From: an uncultured Alistipes sp.
Lineage (GTDB): Bacteria; Bacteroidota; Bacteroidia; Bacteroidales; Rikenellaceae
Assembly: GCA_944326035.1 (NCBI GenBank)
Contig: CALVCS010000012.1
Coordinates: 5,534 to 69,533, forward strand
Direction: 5' to 3'
Length of the DNA stretch: 64,000 nucleotides
Part shown: positions 27,107 through 36,100 of the stretch, piece after piece
Position numbering within the stretch: position 1 is the first letter of the stretch
Layout of the letters: every line of letters starts with the position of its first letter
Program-made: the position numbers and the translations under genes
Notes under the pieces: model-generated
What the model was told of the DNA's origin: nothing
What the model saw: the letters and a program-made list of their open reading frames with translations, nothing else
The model's database searches: none

Positions 27107-27970
27107 TTATTTTTTCTTAGGCTTGGGTTTTCCCGAAAAGAAGGCAATGCGCGGCAGCGGAGCCGGATGCTGCACCGGTTTCCGCCAGGCCCACCACAGA
27201 ATCGCCACTCCCACAAGAATGAACGGAATACTGAGTAACTGGCCCATATTCAGCAACATATTTTCTTCGAAGGCCTCTTGGGGATTTTTCACGAATTCGA
27301 TCAGGAAACGCACCCCGAACAACACGATCAAGAAAAAACCGAACATCACGCCGGGACGTCGTCGGGCCAGATCTTTCCGATAGTACATCCACCACAAGAT
27401 GACGAACAGAATCAGATACGAGAGAGCCTCATAGAGCTGTGTCGGATGTTTGGGCAGGATTTCGCCGTTGCGGACAAAGATGAATCCCCAGGGCAGCGAG
27501 GTTTCGACCCCATAGATTTCGGAGTTCATCAGGTTGCCCAGACGTACCAGCGCCCCGGCAATGGCTACGGCGATCCCGATCCGGTCCAGCGACCAGATAT
27601 AGGGCATTTTGTATTTGCGGGAGAACAGCCACAGTCCGATCAATAACCCCACGGCGGCTCCGTGACTGGCCATGCCCCCGTCCCGGATGTAGAGTATTTC
27701 GATCGGGTGGGTCAGATAGTACCCCGAAGCGTAAAACAGACAGTGCCCCAGCCGCGAACCGATGACCGTCGAGAGAACCCCGTACCAGAAGATCGAATCG
27801 AACATTTTGGGGCTGTAGCCTTCACGCCTCATCATGAAGTTGAACAGATAGGCGCTGATGGCCAGTCCCACCGCCCAGGTCAGGCCGTAGTAACGAATAT
27901 CGAAAGAGCCGATCGAGATAAAGGTCGGATCGGCATTCCAGGTGACGAACAGAGGCAAAAAAGTATCCAT
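27107..27970 (-). CDS. lgt: Prolipoprotein diacylglyceryl transferase
   Basis: The listed start at 27991 is TTG. The ATG at 27970 (MDTFLPLFVTWNADPTFISIGSFDIRYYGL) aligns with the Lgt N-terminus and sits 18 nt after a TATCTTTG box. Multi-TM, with GSRLGHC and GMASHGA motifs. Confidence 0.9.
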   Translation of the reverse strand: MDTFLPLFVTWNADPTFISIGSFDIRYYGLTWAVGLAISAYLFNFMMRREGYSPKMFDSIFWYGVLSTVIGSRLGHCLFYASGYYLTHPIEILYIRDGGMASHGAAVGLLIGLWLFSRKYKMPYIWSLDRIGIAVAIAGALVRLGNLMNSEIYGVETSLPWGFIFVRNGEILPKHPTQLYEALSYLILFVILWWMYYRKDLARRRPGVMFGFFLIVLFGVRFLIEFVKNPQEAFEENMLLNMGQLLSIPFILVGVAILWWAWRKPVQHPAPLPRIAFFSGKPKPKKK

Positions 27971-27988
27971 AGCCGTTGAGTGTTTCGA

Positions 27989-27996
27989 CAAAGATA
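27989..27996 (-). promoter_or_regulatory. -7 promoter element (TATCTTTG) for lgt
   Basis: Exact TAnnTTTG, 18 nt upstream of the ATG at 27970. Confidence 0.5.
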
Positions 27997-28000
27997 GGAA

Positions 28001-28139
28001 TTTTCCCGAAACGGACCGAAGCCTTTTGCCCGGGGGCTCCTTGAACCTGCCGAAGTCCTTTCTTCCAAGGGCTTTTCGAACCTGCTGGAGCCTTTTCTTC
28101 CAGGGACGCTTCGAACCTGTCGGTAGCCTTTCCTCGGGG
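28001..28139. repeat. Degenerate 35-bp tandem repeat, about 4 copies, intergenic
   Basis: Copies: ggctccttgaacctgccgaagtcctttcttccaag / ggcttttcgaacctgctggagccttttcttccagg / gacgcttcgaacctgtcggtagcctttcctcgggg, plus a weaker copy before them. The period is not a multiple of 3. Confidence 0.7.
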
Positions 28140-28189
28140 GATGGATTGCGACAATCGAAGGTAGGCCGGGGAGCAACCGAAACGGCCGG

Positions 28190-29218
28190 TTATGCTTCAG
28201 CGGGAGGTTTGCTGAGGGTGAACGAGAAGGTACTGCCCTCGTTGAGCCGACTGCGCAGATTGATTGTTTCGCCATGCGCTTCGAGGATGTGCTTTACGAT
28301 CGCCAACCCCAATCCGGTTCCGCCCTGCGCGCGCGAGCGGCTTTTGTCGACCCGGAAAAAGCGTTCGAACACCCGTGGCTGGTACTCCTCGGCGATCCCG
28401 ATGCCATCATCCTGCACCTCGACCATGATTTTATCAAAGCCATCGATGAAACTGACCGTGATATGCCCCCCCTGACGACCATACTTGATCGCATTGCTGA
28501 TCAGGTTGAGAATCACCTGACTGATCCGCTTACGATCGGCATAGACCAGCACCGGCAATTCCGAGCCGATTTTGATCCGAATCTCCTTTTTGGAGGCCTC
28601 CATCTCGAACGTCTCGGCCACCTCCCGCACCAACTGTACCAGATCGAATGGTTCCTTGTCCATCACCTGTAAACGGCTCTCGTACTGGGAGATATCCTCC
28701 AAATCCTGCACGATATTGATCAGACGTTCGATGTTCCGTTCGGTGCGTTCGAGGTATTTCTGATTGATGCTGTCGTCCTTGAGACCGCCGTCCAACAGGG
28801 TCAGGATATAGCCCTGAATCGAAAATAACGGCGTCTTGATCTCATGCGACACATTGCCGATATACTGTTTGCGGAACAGCTCATTCTCTTTGAGACGGGC
28901 GATCTCCTGGGCGTTACGATCCACCCAATGGGTCAAATCGTCCTGAATCTCCTCGACGATATCGCCTTTCTGCGGCAATTCCCGGGTCCGCAGGTTTTTC
29001 GACAACAGCACCTGATAGATCGGCTTAATCCGGTAGAGAACGTATTTGTTGATGAAATAACGGGCTGCCAGAAACGTAAGACCGAAGACACATCCGGATA
29101 CGATCCCGGTCAACAGCAGATTTCCCGTAAAAACCGACAGACACACCGCCACAACCAAGGCTGCGATCAGACTGATCGCCAAGGCGACGCCATGGATGGT
29201 GCGGATTTTGTATTTCAC
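28190..29218 (-). CDS. Sensor histidine kinase (two N-terminal TM helices, HisKA + HATPase_c)
   Basis: H-box NVSHEIKTPL. N box NLISNAIKY. G boxes DDGIGI and GGTGLGLAIV. GTG start. No adjacent response regulator. Confidence 0.85.
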   Translation of the reverse strand: MKYKIRTIHGVALAISLIAALVVAVCLSVFTGNLLLTGIVSGCVFGLTFLAARYFINKYVLYRIKPIYQVLLSKNLRTRELPQKGDIVEEIQDDLTHWVDRNAQEIARLKENELFRKQYIGNVSHEIKTPLFSIQGYILTLLDGGLKDDSINQKYLERTERNIERLINIVQDLEDISQYESRLQVMDKEPFDLVQLVREVAETFEMEASKKEIRIKIGSELPVLVYADRKRISQVILNLISNAIKYGRQGGHITVSFIDGFDKIMVEVQDDGIGIAEEYQPRVFERFFRVDKSRSRAQGGTGLGLAIVKHILEAHGETINLRSRLNEGSTFSFTLSKPPAEA

Positions 29219-29231
29219 GGCTTGGGACCTC

Positions 29232-29825
29232 TTATTTGAGGTACTGTTTCATGAGGCGGGCGATGTATTTGCCCACGATATCGAATTCGAGATTGACCCG
29301 CGTTCCTACGCGCAACGTATGGAAGTTGGTGTGCTGATAGGTATAGGGAATAATGGCGACCTGGAAGGAGTTTTCGCGGGAATTGACCACCGTCAAGCTG
29401 ACTCCGTTGACAGCAATCGACCCTTTCTCTACCGTCACATTCCCGGTCGAGGCGTCGTACTCGAAGGTAAAATACCAGCTGCCGTCCGCCTCTTCGATGC
29501 GGGTACAAACCGCCGTCTGATCGACATGTCCCTGCACGATATGGCCGTCCAGCAGGGCATCGGGTTTCATGCTGCGTTCCAGATTGACCAGATCGCCCAC
29601 CTGCAGATCGCCCAGATTGGATTTAATCAACGTTTCCGCAATGGCCGTGACCGTATAACGGTCTCCCTCGATATCGACAACGGTCAGGCAGACGCCATTA
29701 TGGGCGATGCTTTGATCAATGCGCAATTCAGCCGTAAAAGGACATTCCAGGGTGAAATGTTTGTTCCCCTGTTCTTCACGGATGGCCACCACTTTGGCGG
29801 TCGTTTCTACGATTCCCGAAAACAT
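29232..29825 (-). CDS. ribE: Riboflavin synthase alpha chain
   Basis: MFSGIVE N-terminus and two lumazine-binding repeats (SIAHNGVCLTV / SIAVNGVSLTV). 197 aa. Confidence 0.9.
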   Translation of the reverse strand: MFSGIVETTAKVVAIREEQGNKHFTLECPFTAELRIDQSIAHNGVCLTVVDIEGDRYTVTAIAETLIKSNLGDLQVGDLVNLERSMKPDALLDGHIVQGHVDQTAVCTRIEEADGSWYFTFEYDASTGNVTVEKGSIAVNGVSLTVVNSRENSFQVAIIPYTYQHTNFHTLRVGTRVNLEFDIVGKYIARLMKQYLK

Positions 29826-29854
29826 AATGGATACAAGATTTGGCGATAAATGAC

Positions 29855-30484
29855 TCAGGTATTCTTTTTAATGATGATGCCCCGGACCAAAAACAGTTTG
29901 CCGAGTTTGGATTTTTCGACCGTAATAGGATCATAATCCTGGGTATTGCGAGGCCACAATACGACACGATCCGGATCTTCATCCTGTCGGATGATCCGAA
30001 TGCCGCTAAAACGGGCCGAACAAATGGCATAGGTCTCCCCCGGGATGAGGGCCGAGAGCGACACCTGTTTCAACATCAGGACGCTGGCAGGCGGAATGTC
30101 GGGTTGCATGGCTGTCCCCAGACAGAGGGCGGCCAGATCGCAATCCTCGAACATGGGGAGATTGAGCAGATAGGAGGGTTCGGGTCGCTTATTGCCCAAA
30201 CGGATCGCCTCCAAGGCATCCATGCCATAAAAAGGAACGCCTGTCGAGGCATTTTGGCGGGACGTAATAAACATATCCCCTTCGCCACTCAACAACCAAC
30301 CCCGACTAATCGAAGGATACTTGGCGGCAATGAGTTCGGCCAAGTCACGACTGATCCCATTGTTCCCCTTTTTGATTTGATAGAGATTTTCGCTGCGTTT
30401 CAGACCGATAGTCAAGGCGAATGAATTGACGGACAATCCTGTCCATTTAATCACTCGTTCCAAACGTTGCCAATTATCCAACAT
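29855..30484 (-). CDS. HTH (XRE-like) regulator fused to an S24/LexA-like C-terminal domain
   Basis: The ATG at 30484 (MLDNWQRLERVIKWTGLSVNSFALTIGL...) follows a TATTTTTG box by 21 nt. The C-terminal beta-rich domain has GTAMQPDI in place of the canonical GDSMxP. Confidence 0.75.
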   Translation of the reverse strand: MLDNWQRLERVIKWTGLSVNSFALTIGLKRSENLYQIKKGNNGISRDLAELIAAKYPSISRGWLLSGEGDMFITSRQNASTGVPFYGMDALEAIRLGNKRPEPSYLLNLPMFEDCDLAALCLGTAMQPDIPPASVLMLKQVSLSALIPGETYAICSARFSGIRIIRQDEDPDRVVLWPRNTQDYDPITVEKSKLGKLFLVRGIIIKKNT

Positions 30485-30505
30485 GGGATTTCCTTTGATT
30501 TCATG

Positions 30506-30513
30506 CAAAAATA
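30506..30513 (-). promoter_or_regulatory. -7 promoter element (TATTTTTG) for the HTH/S24-like gene
   Basis: Exact TAnnTTTG, 21 nt upstream of the ATG at 30484. It lies inside the longer listed ORF, arguing against the 30571 start. Confidence 0.5.
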
Positions 30514-30704
30514 GGGATAATTCCGGAATGTACAAGCCTCCTGGCCCGGTCATCGACACCGGTACATTCATAAAACCGATGAATTCGAAAATAATTGTGT
30601 AAACCGGTTTCTTTTTTCATTTCGGCGTCGGAAAGGGGAAATCCTGCGAAAAAATTTGTAATAACCGCGAAAAAATTGCAACTTTGCCTCCGGATTTTTG
30701 TCCG

Positions 30705-30776
30705 GCCCCCGTAGTTCAATGGATAGAATGACAGATTCCGGTTCTGTTGATATGGGTTCGATTCCCGTCGGGGGTA
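30705..30776 (+). tRNA. tRNA-Arg (anticodon CCG)
   Basis: Manual cloverleaf. Acceptor GCCCCCG/CGGGGGT. D stem GTTC/GAAT with a GG loop. Anticodon stem ACAGA/TCTGT with loop TTCCGGT. T arm ATGGG-TTCGATT-CCCGT. Discriminator A. CCA is not encoded. Confidence 0.9.
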
Positions 30777-30814
30777 CTTCCGTGTAAAGAGACATCCGAA
30801 CAAAGGAAAAACGC

Positions 30815-30836
30815 CGGCTGCTTCACAGCCGTTTTA
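30815..30836 (+). terminator. Hairpin terminator after tRNA-Arg
   Basis: cggctg-cttca-cagccg followed by tttta. It is nested inside a larger 18-bp inverted repeat (30792-30809 / 30858-30875) that is itself followed by a T run. Confidence 0.5.
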
Positions 30837-31093
30837 CGAAATCTGGAGAAGTTTTCGTTTCCCTTGTTCGGATGTTTTTTTGTGGACTTTTGGGACTATT
30901 TTGAGTCTCGAAACTTGGTTGGTCCAATAGGGTGAAATACCTTTGTAGAGAGGATTAAAATTCTGTCTATGAAAACTAAAGGCACATAGAAAAACAATGT
31001 TAGCCTACGGCAAAAAAGTTAAAAAACGCATCCTTTAGCTGGTCTCTACAACTGGGTCAAACCTTTGACCTGGAATAGTGAAATAATAAGGAT

Positions 31094-31762
31094 ATGAAAA
31101 AACTAATTTTATTTCTCAGTCTCTTTTTATTTGCTTGTCATCTTGGACAAAAAAACAAAGAGCTAAAATGTGAAGAGAATATAAATCAAGCTATACGTTG
31201 CTTTGAAGAGTATAAGTTTTATGACGATTCCATAAAATTAGATTCAGCCTTATTGTATTTATCTGATATCGAAGGCAAATGTGAGGGACAACAACAAACC
31301 TCGATAAAATTTCTCAAAGTCCAGATATATATGGAGAAAAAGAATTATAAAGATGCCGTCAAAATAATGGAGTCAATTACCGATTCCTTTTCTCCGCCAG
31401 AATTAAAGCAAATACTGATTGATAAAATTAAAGTACGGGAGGCTAAAGAAATAAAAGACGAAAACAAACTACATGAATTATATAGTGATATCGTGTATGA
31501 GTATGAACGTGCGTTAACTAAAGACATGATAGATTCATTAATAAAACTCCCCTGGACATCAGAACCTCAGATTTCACGTTCATATCGCGGCTTGTTGCCC
31601 GAATTATTTTATTATAAAGCAAAAGTAGAGGGTGTAGATAAAGTATTAAGCGAAATAGATTCACTTAAACTGGTTGAAGGTGCAAATCAAGCATTTCTTG
31701 ATAACCTTAAAAAATATGTTATTCCGGATGAACATCATAATACGCATATGCTTTTTGAATAA
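31094..31762 (+). CDS. Hypothetical helical lipoprotein in AT-rich islet
   Basis: 222 aa. Lipoprotein signal LFLSLFLFAC. Lys/Glu/Ile-rich helical composition. The gene is visibly AT-rich compared with the flanks. Clean 13-bp hairpin terminator directly after the stop. Confidence 0.65.
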   Translation: MKKLILFLSLFLFACHLGQKNKELKCEENINQAIRCFEEYKFYDDSIKLDSALLYLSDIEGKCEGQQQTSIKFLKVQIYMEKKNYKDAVKIMESITDSFSPPELKQILIDKIKVREAKEIKDENKLHELYSDIVYEYERALTKDMIDSLIKLPWTSEPQISRSYRGLLPELFYYKAKVEGVDKVLSEIDSLKLVEGANQAFLDNLKKYVIPDEHHNTHMLFE

Positions 31763-31769
31763 GCATTCA

Positions 31770-31803
31770 AATATCCCACAAATGGTTTGTGGGATATTTT
31801 TTG
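31770..31803 (+). terminator. Intrinsic terminator of the islet lipoprotein gene
   Basis: Perfect 13-bp stem aatatcccacaaa/tttgtgggatatt with a 3-nt loop, then tttttg. Confidence 0.7.
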
Positions 31804-32332
31804 CCGGTTATTAGGAAGATAATGTAGGGTGCCGTAACAACCGAGATTAAATGATTGACTATATTGATACGGAATCATAAATTGTTGCCAATGAGATAAC
31901 AAAGACGAAAGATATATAAAGCGTTTGCTTTTATTCTTGCTTTCTGAAAGCTCGAAAATTTTAAAGCAGTCAAGGATAAGGTTGATGCTCATGTTCAATT
32001 GGCGTGAGCTTTACCATATTTGTGACTGCATGGGTTTTCGAGAACCTCAAAAAACAAAACTGTACAAGCCTTTCAGTTGTCTGAAAGGCTTTTTATTAAA
32101 ATTTATTCATATTGTGGCTCTTCATTCATGAATATTACATAGTATAGCCCCTTTTTCTTGAAATTTTTATTGTTTTTATCTTTATTTGATTATTTTGCAT
32201 CATCTGCTATTTAGATCGTTTAGGGCCAGACCTTTCGGCTTTAACGACAAAAGATCCAGGGGCGTGCGAATGGCTGGATGGGATAATAAACCGTTGCGTT
32301 ACCGTTGAAACCAGGATAGACTAAAAAACAGG

Positions 32333-32896
32333 ATGATGAAACTAAGAGTATTGTTTTTAGCCTTATGGTTACCTTTGCTGGGGTACACTCAAGAGAAGCA
32401 ACATTTCTTATCGGTATCGGCCGGGGTCTGGGAGAATGATGGAGGGTATTGGTATCAAGCGGTTGATTTCTCTTTCGGCCCAGCCTTTGCCCTCGAGTAT
32501 CAGTATCTCTGGACGGACCACATAGCTCTTCGCGGGAAGTTCTCTACAGGGGCCATCTCCAGAAAAACAATCGGGGAAATAGCCCGACCCATCAGTGCGA
32601 CCGCCGGTATTTTATGGACGCCTTTCGGGAAAAAATTTAAAAATTTTCAGGTCGGCGTTTCACCCGGTTATGTCTATTGCCGATACGATTACATGGACGT
32701 AGACCGCCCTGTCCGCGACCAGCATCGTATCGCTACCCATCATACCTTCGGCATCGAATATCCCGTCCGCTTTCATTTTATCAATAACGACCGTTATGTA
32801 TTGGGTCTTAATTTTGACTTAATTACCATCTTTGCGGGCGGTCATTATCAAATATTTACATTGCAGAACATGTTGTCGTTCGGGCTGAAGTTTTAG
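32333..32896 (+). CDS. Small outer-membrane beta-barrel protein (OmpW/OmpA-barrel-like)
   Basis: Signal peptide MMKLRVLFLALWLPLLGYTQ. Alternating aromatic/hydrophobic pattern. C-terminal ...MLSFGLKF, a terminal Phe typical of OM barrels. Confidence 0.7.
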   Translation: MMKLRVLFLALWLPLLGYTQEKQHFLSVSAGVWENDGGYWYQAVDFSFGPAFALEYQYLWTDHIALRGKFSTGAISRKTIGEIARPISATAGILWTPFGKKFKNFQVGVSPGYVYCRYDYMDVDRPVRDQHRIATHHTFGIEYPVRFHFINNDRYVLGLNFDLITIFAGGHYQIFTLQNMLSFGLKF

Positions 32897-33079
32897 CCAA
32901 GGAGAGCGATCGGGCACCCGATCGGGTCGTCTTTCCGGGTCCAAGAGCCCAACAGTAGACGACCCGCATCCGGGCCGGCCTTCCCATGCAAGGTCGGCAC
33001 CTACTTCATGGCGATCCTCCTACTGCCCGATTCCGGGAAAGTCCACGTTCCAGGGCCTGGACAAATCCTAAATATTTCT

Positions 33080-33087
33080 TATTTTTG
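33080..33087 (+). promoter_or_regulatory. -7 promoter element (TATTTTTG) for the GH78 gene
   Basis: Exact TAnnTTTG, 62 nt upstream of the ATG at 33150. Confidence 0.45.
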
Positions 33088-33149
33088 TAAGAAAGGGAAT
33101 TGTTCCGAGCCTTTCCCGTTAGAAACTACTAATCGACCCGAATCTGATC

Positions 33150-36100
33150 ATGAACACAAGAGCCTTTATCGCCTGCATCGCGATCGTGGCGCTATGGGCA
33201 GGCGGCCGCCCGCTCCAAGCCAAACCCGGAAATCTCACCGTCCATCAATTAAAAACCGAATATCTGGTCAATCCCGTCGGAATCGACGAAATCGCACCGC
33301 GCCTGAGCTGGCAGTTATCCACTACGGTTCAGGCCGAGAAACAGACGGCCTATCAAGTGTTGGTCGCCTCGTCGGCCGAATTGCTCCGCCAGAATCGCGG
33401 CGATTTGTGGGACAGCGGGAAAGTACCCTCCGAGGAGACTCTCCATATTGTCTATGAGGGAAAAGCCCTCACCTCCCGCCTGGAGGTTTGGTGGAAAGTC
33501 AGGGTTTGGGACCGCCGCGGCAAACCTTCCGCCTGGAGTGAACCGGCCCGTTGGAGCATGGGCCTGCTGCAAGAACGCGACTGGCAGGCGAAATGGATCG
33601 CCGACAGCGCGGCCATGAAAACCCACATCGAATTGATTCCCAAGGTAGATGGATTCTGCAGCCTGGTCGCCCACCGAGCCGATACCACCCAACGGGTCAC
33701 CCTCGATCTGGGAACTCCAAAAACCTTCGATGCGATTCGGTTATTTCCGGCCCGACCGTTCGATTATCGGGCCGATGTACCGGGCTTTCTGTTTCCGGTC
33801 CGTTTCCGGGTCGAAGTCGCCGACCAGGCGGACTTTTCGGACCTGCGTACAATCGCCGATTACACCCAAGCCGATCTTCCCAACCCGGGCGTCGAACCAC
33901 AACGTTACGCCGTTCCCTCCACCACCGCTCGTTTTGTACGCCTGACCGTCACCCGCCTGGCCCTGCGCGACGGCGATAATTACGGGTTTGCCCTGGCCGA
34001 AATGCAGGTGCTCTCGGGCGAAGAAAACCTGGCTGAAAAGGCCCCTGTCCTTTCGGACGATGCCATCAAACGGTGGAACTGGAATCCCGTATACCTGACC
34101 GACGGTATCCTGAAATCGACTCCGCTGGGCCTCGAAATGTACGGGGCCCTGCCGGCCACCTATGCCCGCAAAGGGTTTTCGCTCCAGAAACCGGTCAAAA
34201 AGGCGACTCTTTACGTAACGGCCAAGGGTTTATATGAGTTTCGCATCAACGGCCATCGGCTCGGTCATCAACGGCTGGCTCCGGAGTGGACGGATTACCA
34301 TAAACGCATCAGTTACCAAACCTACGACATCACCCCCTGGATACAACCCGGCGAGAATGCGGCGGCCGCTACCCTGGCCGAAGGTTGGTATGCCGGCGAG
34401 TTGTGGGGGACGGGGCGTTTCACCTACGGGAAATACCCGGAACTGCTGGCCCAGATCGAAATCGAGTTCACCGACGGTACCCGCCAGGTCATTCCGACCG
34501 ACGAAAGTTGGCGGACCACGACCCAAGGCCCGGTTACGGCCTCCGGCATCTATCGGGGCGAAATGTACGACGCCCGCTTGGAATTTCCGGGGTGGGATCG
34601 TCCCGGGTTCGACGACCGTCACTGGAGCCCGGCCGGGGCCTTTGTGCCGAACGCTCTCCGACGCGTCGCGCTGCGCAACGAACCGATTCAGGTCGAACAG
34701 GAGCGCAAACCGCTCTCGATCACCGAAACGAGCCCCGGGGTCTATCTCCTCGATTTCGGCCAGAACCTGGTGGGGTGTTGCCATGTCAAACTCCAAGGGA
34801 AGACCGGGAAAACCGTCACCTTCCGCCATGCCGAAGCGATCTATGATGACGGGAGGTTGTACACGATCAGCATTCGACAGGCTCCGCAGATCGATCAATA
34901 CACCCCGGCCCAAGACGGCCTCTTCGAATACGAACCGACGTTCACCTACCACGGTTTCCGGTATGCCGAGATTTCAGGGGTAGAAGAGGCCCCCACACCC
35001 GACGATGTCGTGGTACGAGTTTTCCATTCGGCTGCCCCCTTCACCGGGAGCTTCTCGTGCTCCAACGATTCGCTGAATCAGCTGATGAGCAATATCCTGT
35101 GGACTCAACGCTCCAACCTGATGAGTACCCCCAACGACTGCCCGCAACGCGACGAACGCATGGGCTGGATGGGAGATATCCAGGCATTCGGTCAAACGGC
35201 TATGTTCAACATGAATCTGGCGGCTTTCATCACCAAATTCGCGCAGGACATGCGGGACGGCCAGGCAGACGATGGTCGATTCCCGGACTATGCTCCGCAT
35301 CCGGGGGCCGTCAACGACCCTCGCAAAGGGGCTCCGGCCTGGGGCGATTGCGGGGTTCTGCTGCCCTGGACCGCCTATGTCAACTATGCCGACCGCCGTC
35401 TGCTTGAAGAGCAATTTTCGGCGGCCAAAGCTTGGGTCGACTACATTCGGCGTAACAACCCGGATCTGATCTGGCGCAACGGCCGCAACAACGATTATAA
35501 TGACTGGATGAATGGCGATCAGATCATCACCCCCGGTTGGCCCAGAAAGGGCGCCGAAGTCCCCAACGAAGTATTTGCCACGGCCTTTTTTGCCCGTTCG
35601 ACCCAGATCGTAGCCCGTATGGCCGAGGTGATCGGCTATCCGGTCGAAGCCGAACAGTACCGCCAGCTGGCCGCAGCGATCAAAAGGGCCTTCAACCAAG
35701 CCTTTGTACAGCCCGACGGACACATCCTGGGCGATACGCAAGCCGGCTACGCCATTGCCCTGCATTTCGACCTGCTGCCCGAAGAGCTACGATCGAAAGC
35801 GGCCGCCCTGATGGTCGACAACATCCAACACAAATACCAGGGACGACTCTCCACCGGCATCCAGACCTCCCACCGCATGATGATGGAGCTGGTCCGGGAA
35901 GGGTATGCCGATCTGGCCTGGAAGCTGATGACCAGTCAGGCTTTCCCCTCCTGGTTATACATGGTCAACAACGGCGCCACCACGATCTGGGAACGTTGGG
36001 ACGGCTATGTCAAAGGCCGGGGCTTCTATCAGGAAAGCAACACCAACTCCATGAACCACTGGGCTTTCGGATCCGTCGGGGAGTGGATGTGGCGTTACAT

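Noticed and set aside
28001-28139. Possible CRISPR array (regular 35-bp periodicity)
   Set aside because: The units are contiguous with no spacers, degenerate and only about 4 copies, and there are no cas genes. It is a simple tandem repeat.
31800-32330. Small ORFs (68 aa on the + strand, 87 aa on the minus strand) in the AT-rich spacer
   Set aside because: Short, without start context or recognisable domains. AT-rich DNA yields such ORFs rarely but not convincingly. They are possibly decayed gene fragments and are not callable.
30705-33150. Integrated mobile element with att sites at tRNA-Arg
   Set aside because: I found no direct repeat of the tRNA 3' end downstream; the best match is only an 8-nt cgattcc-type match near 33030. 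There is no integrase, transposase or mobilisation gene. It is reported only as a compositional islet or possible remnant.
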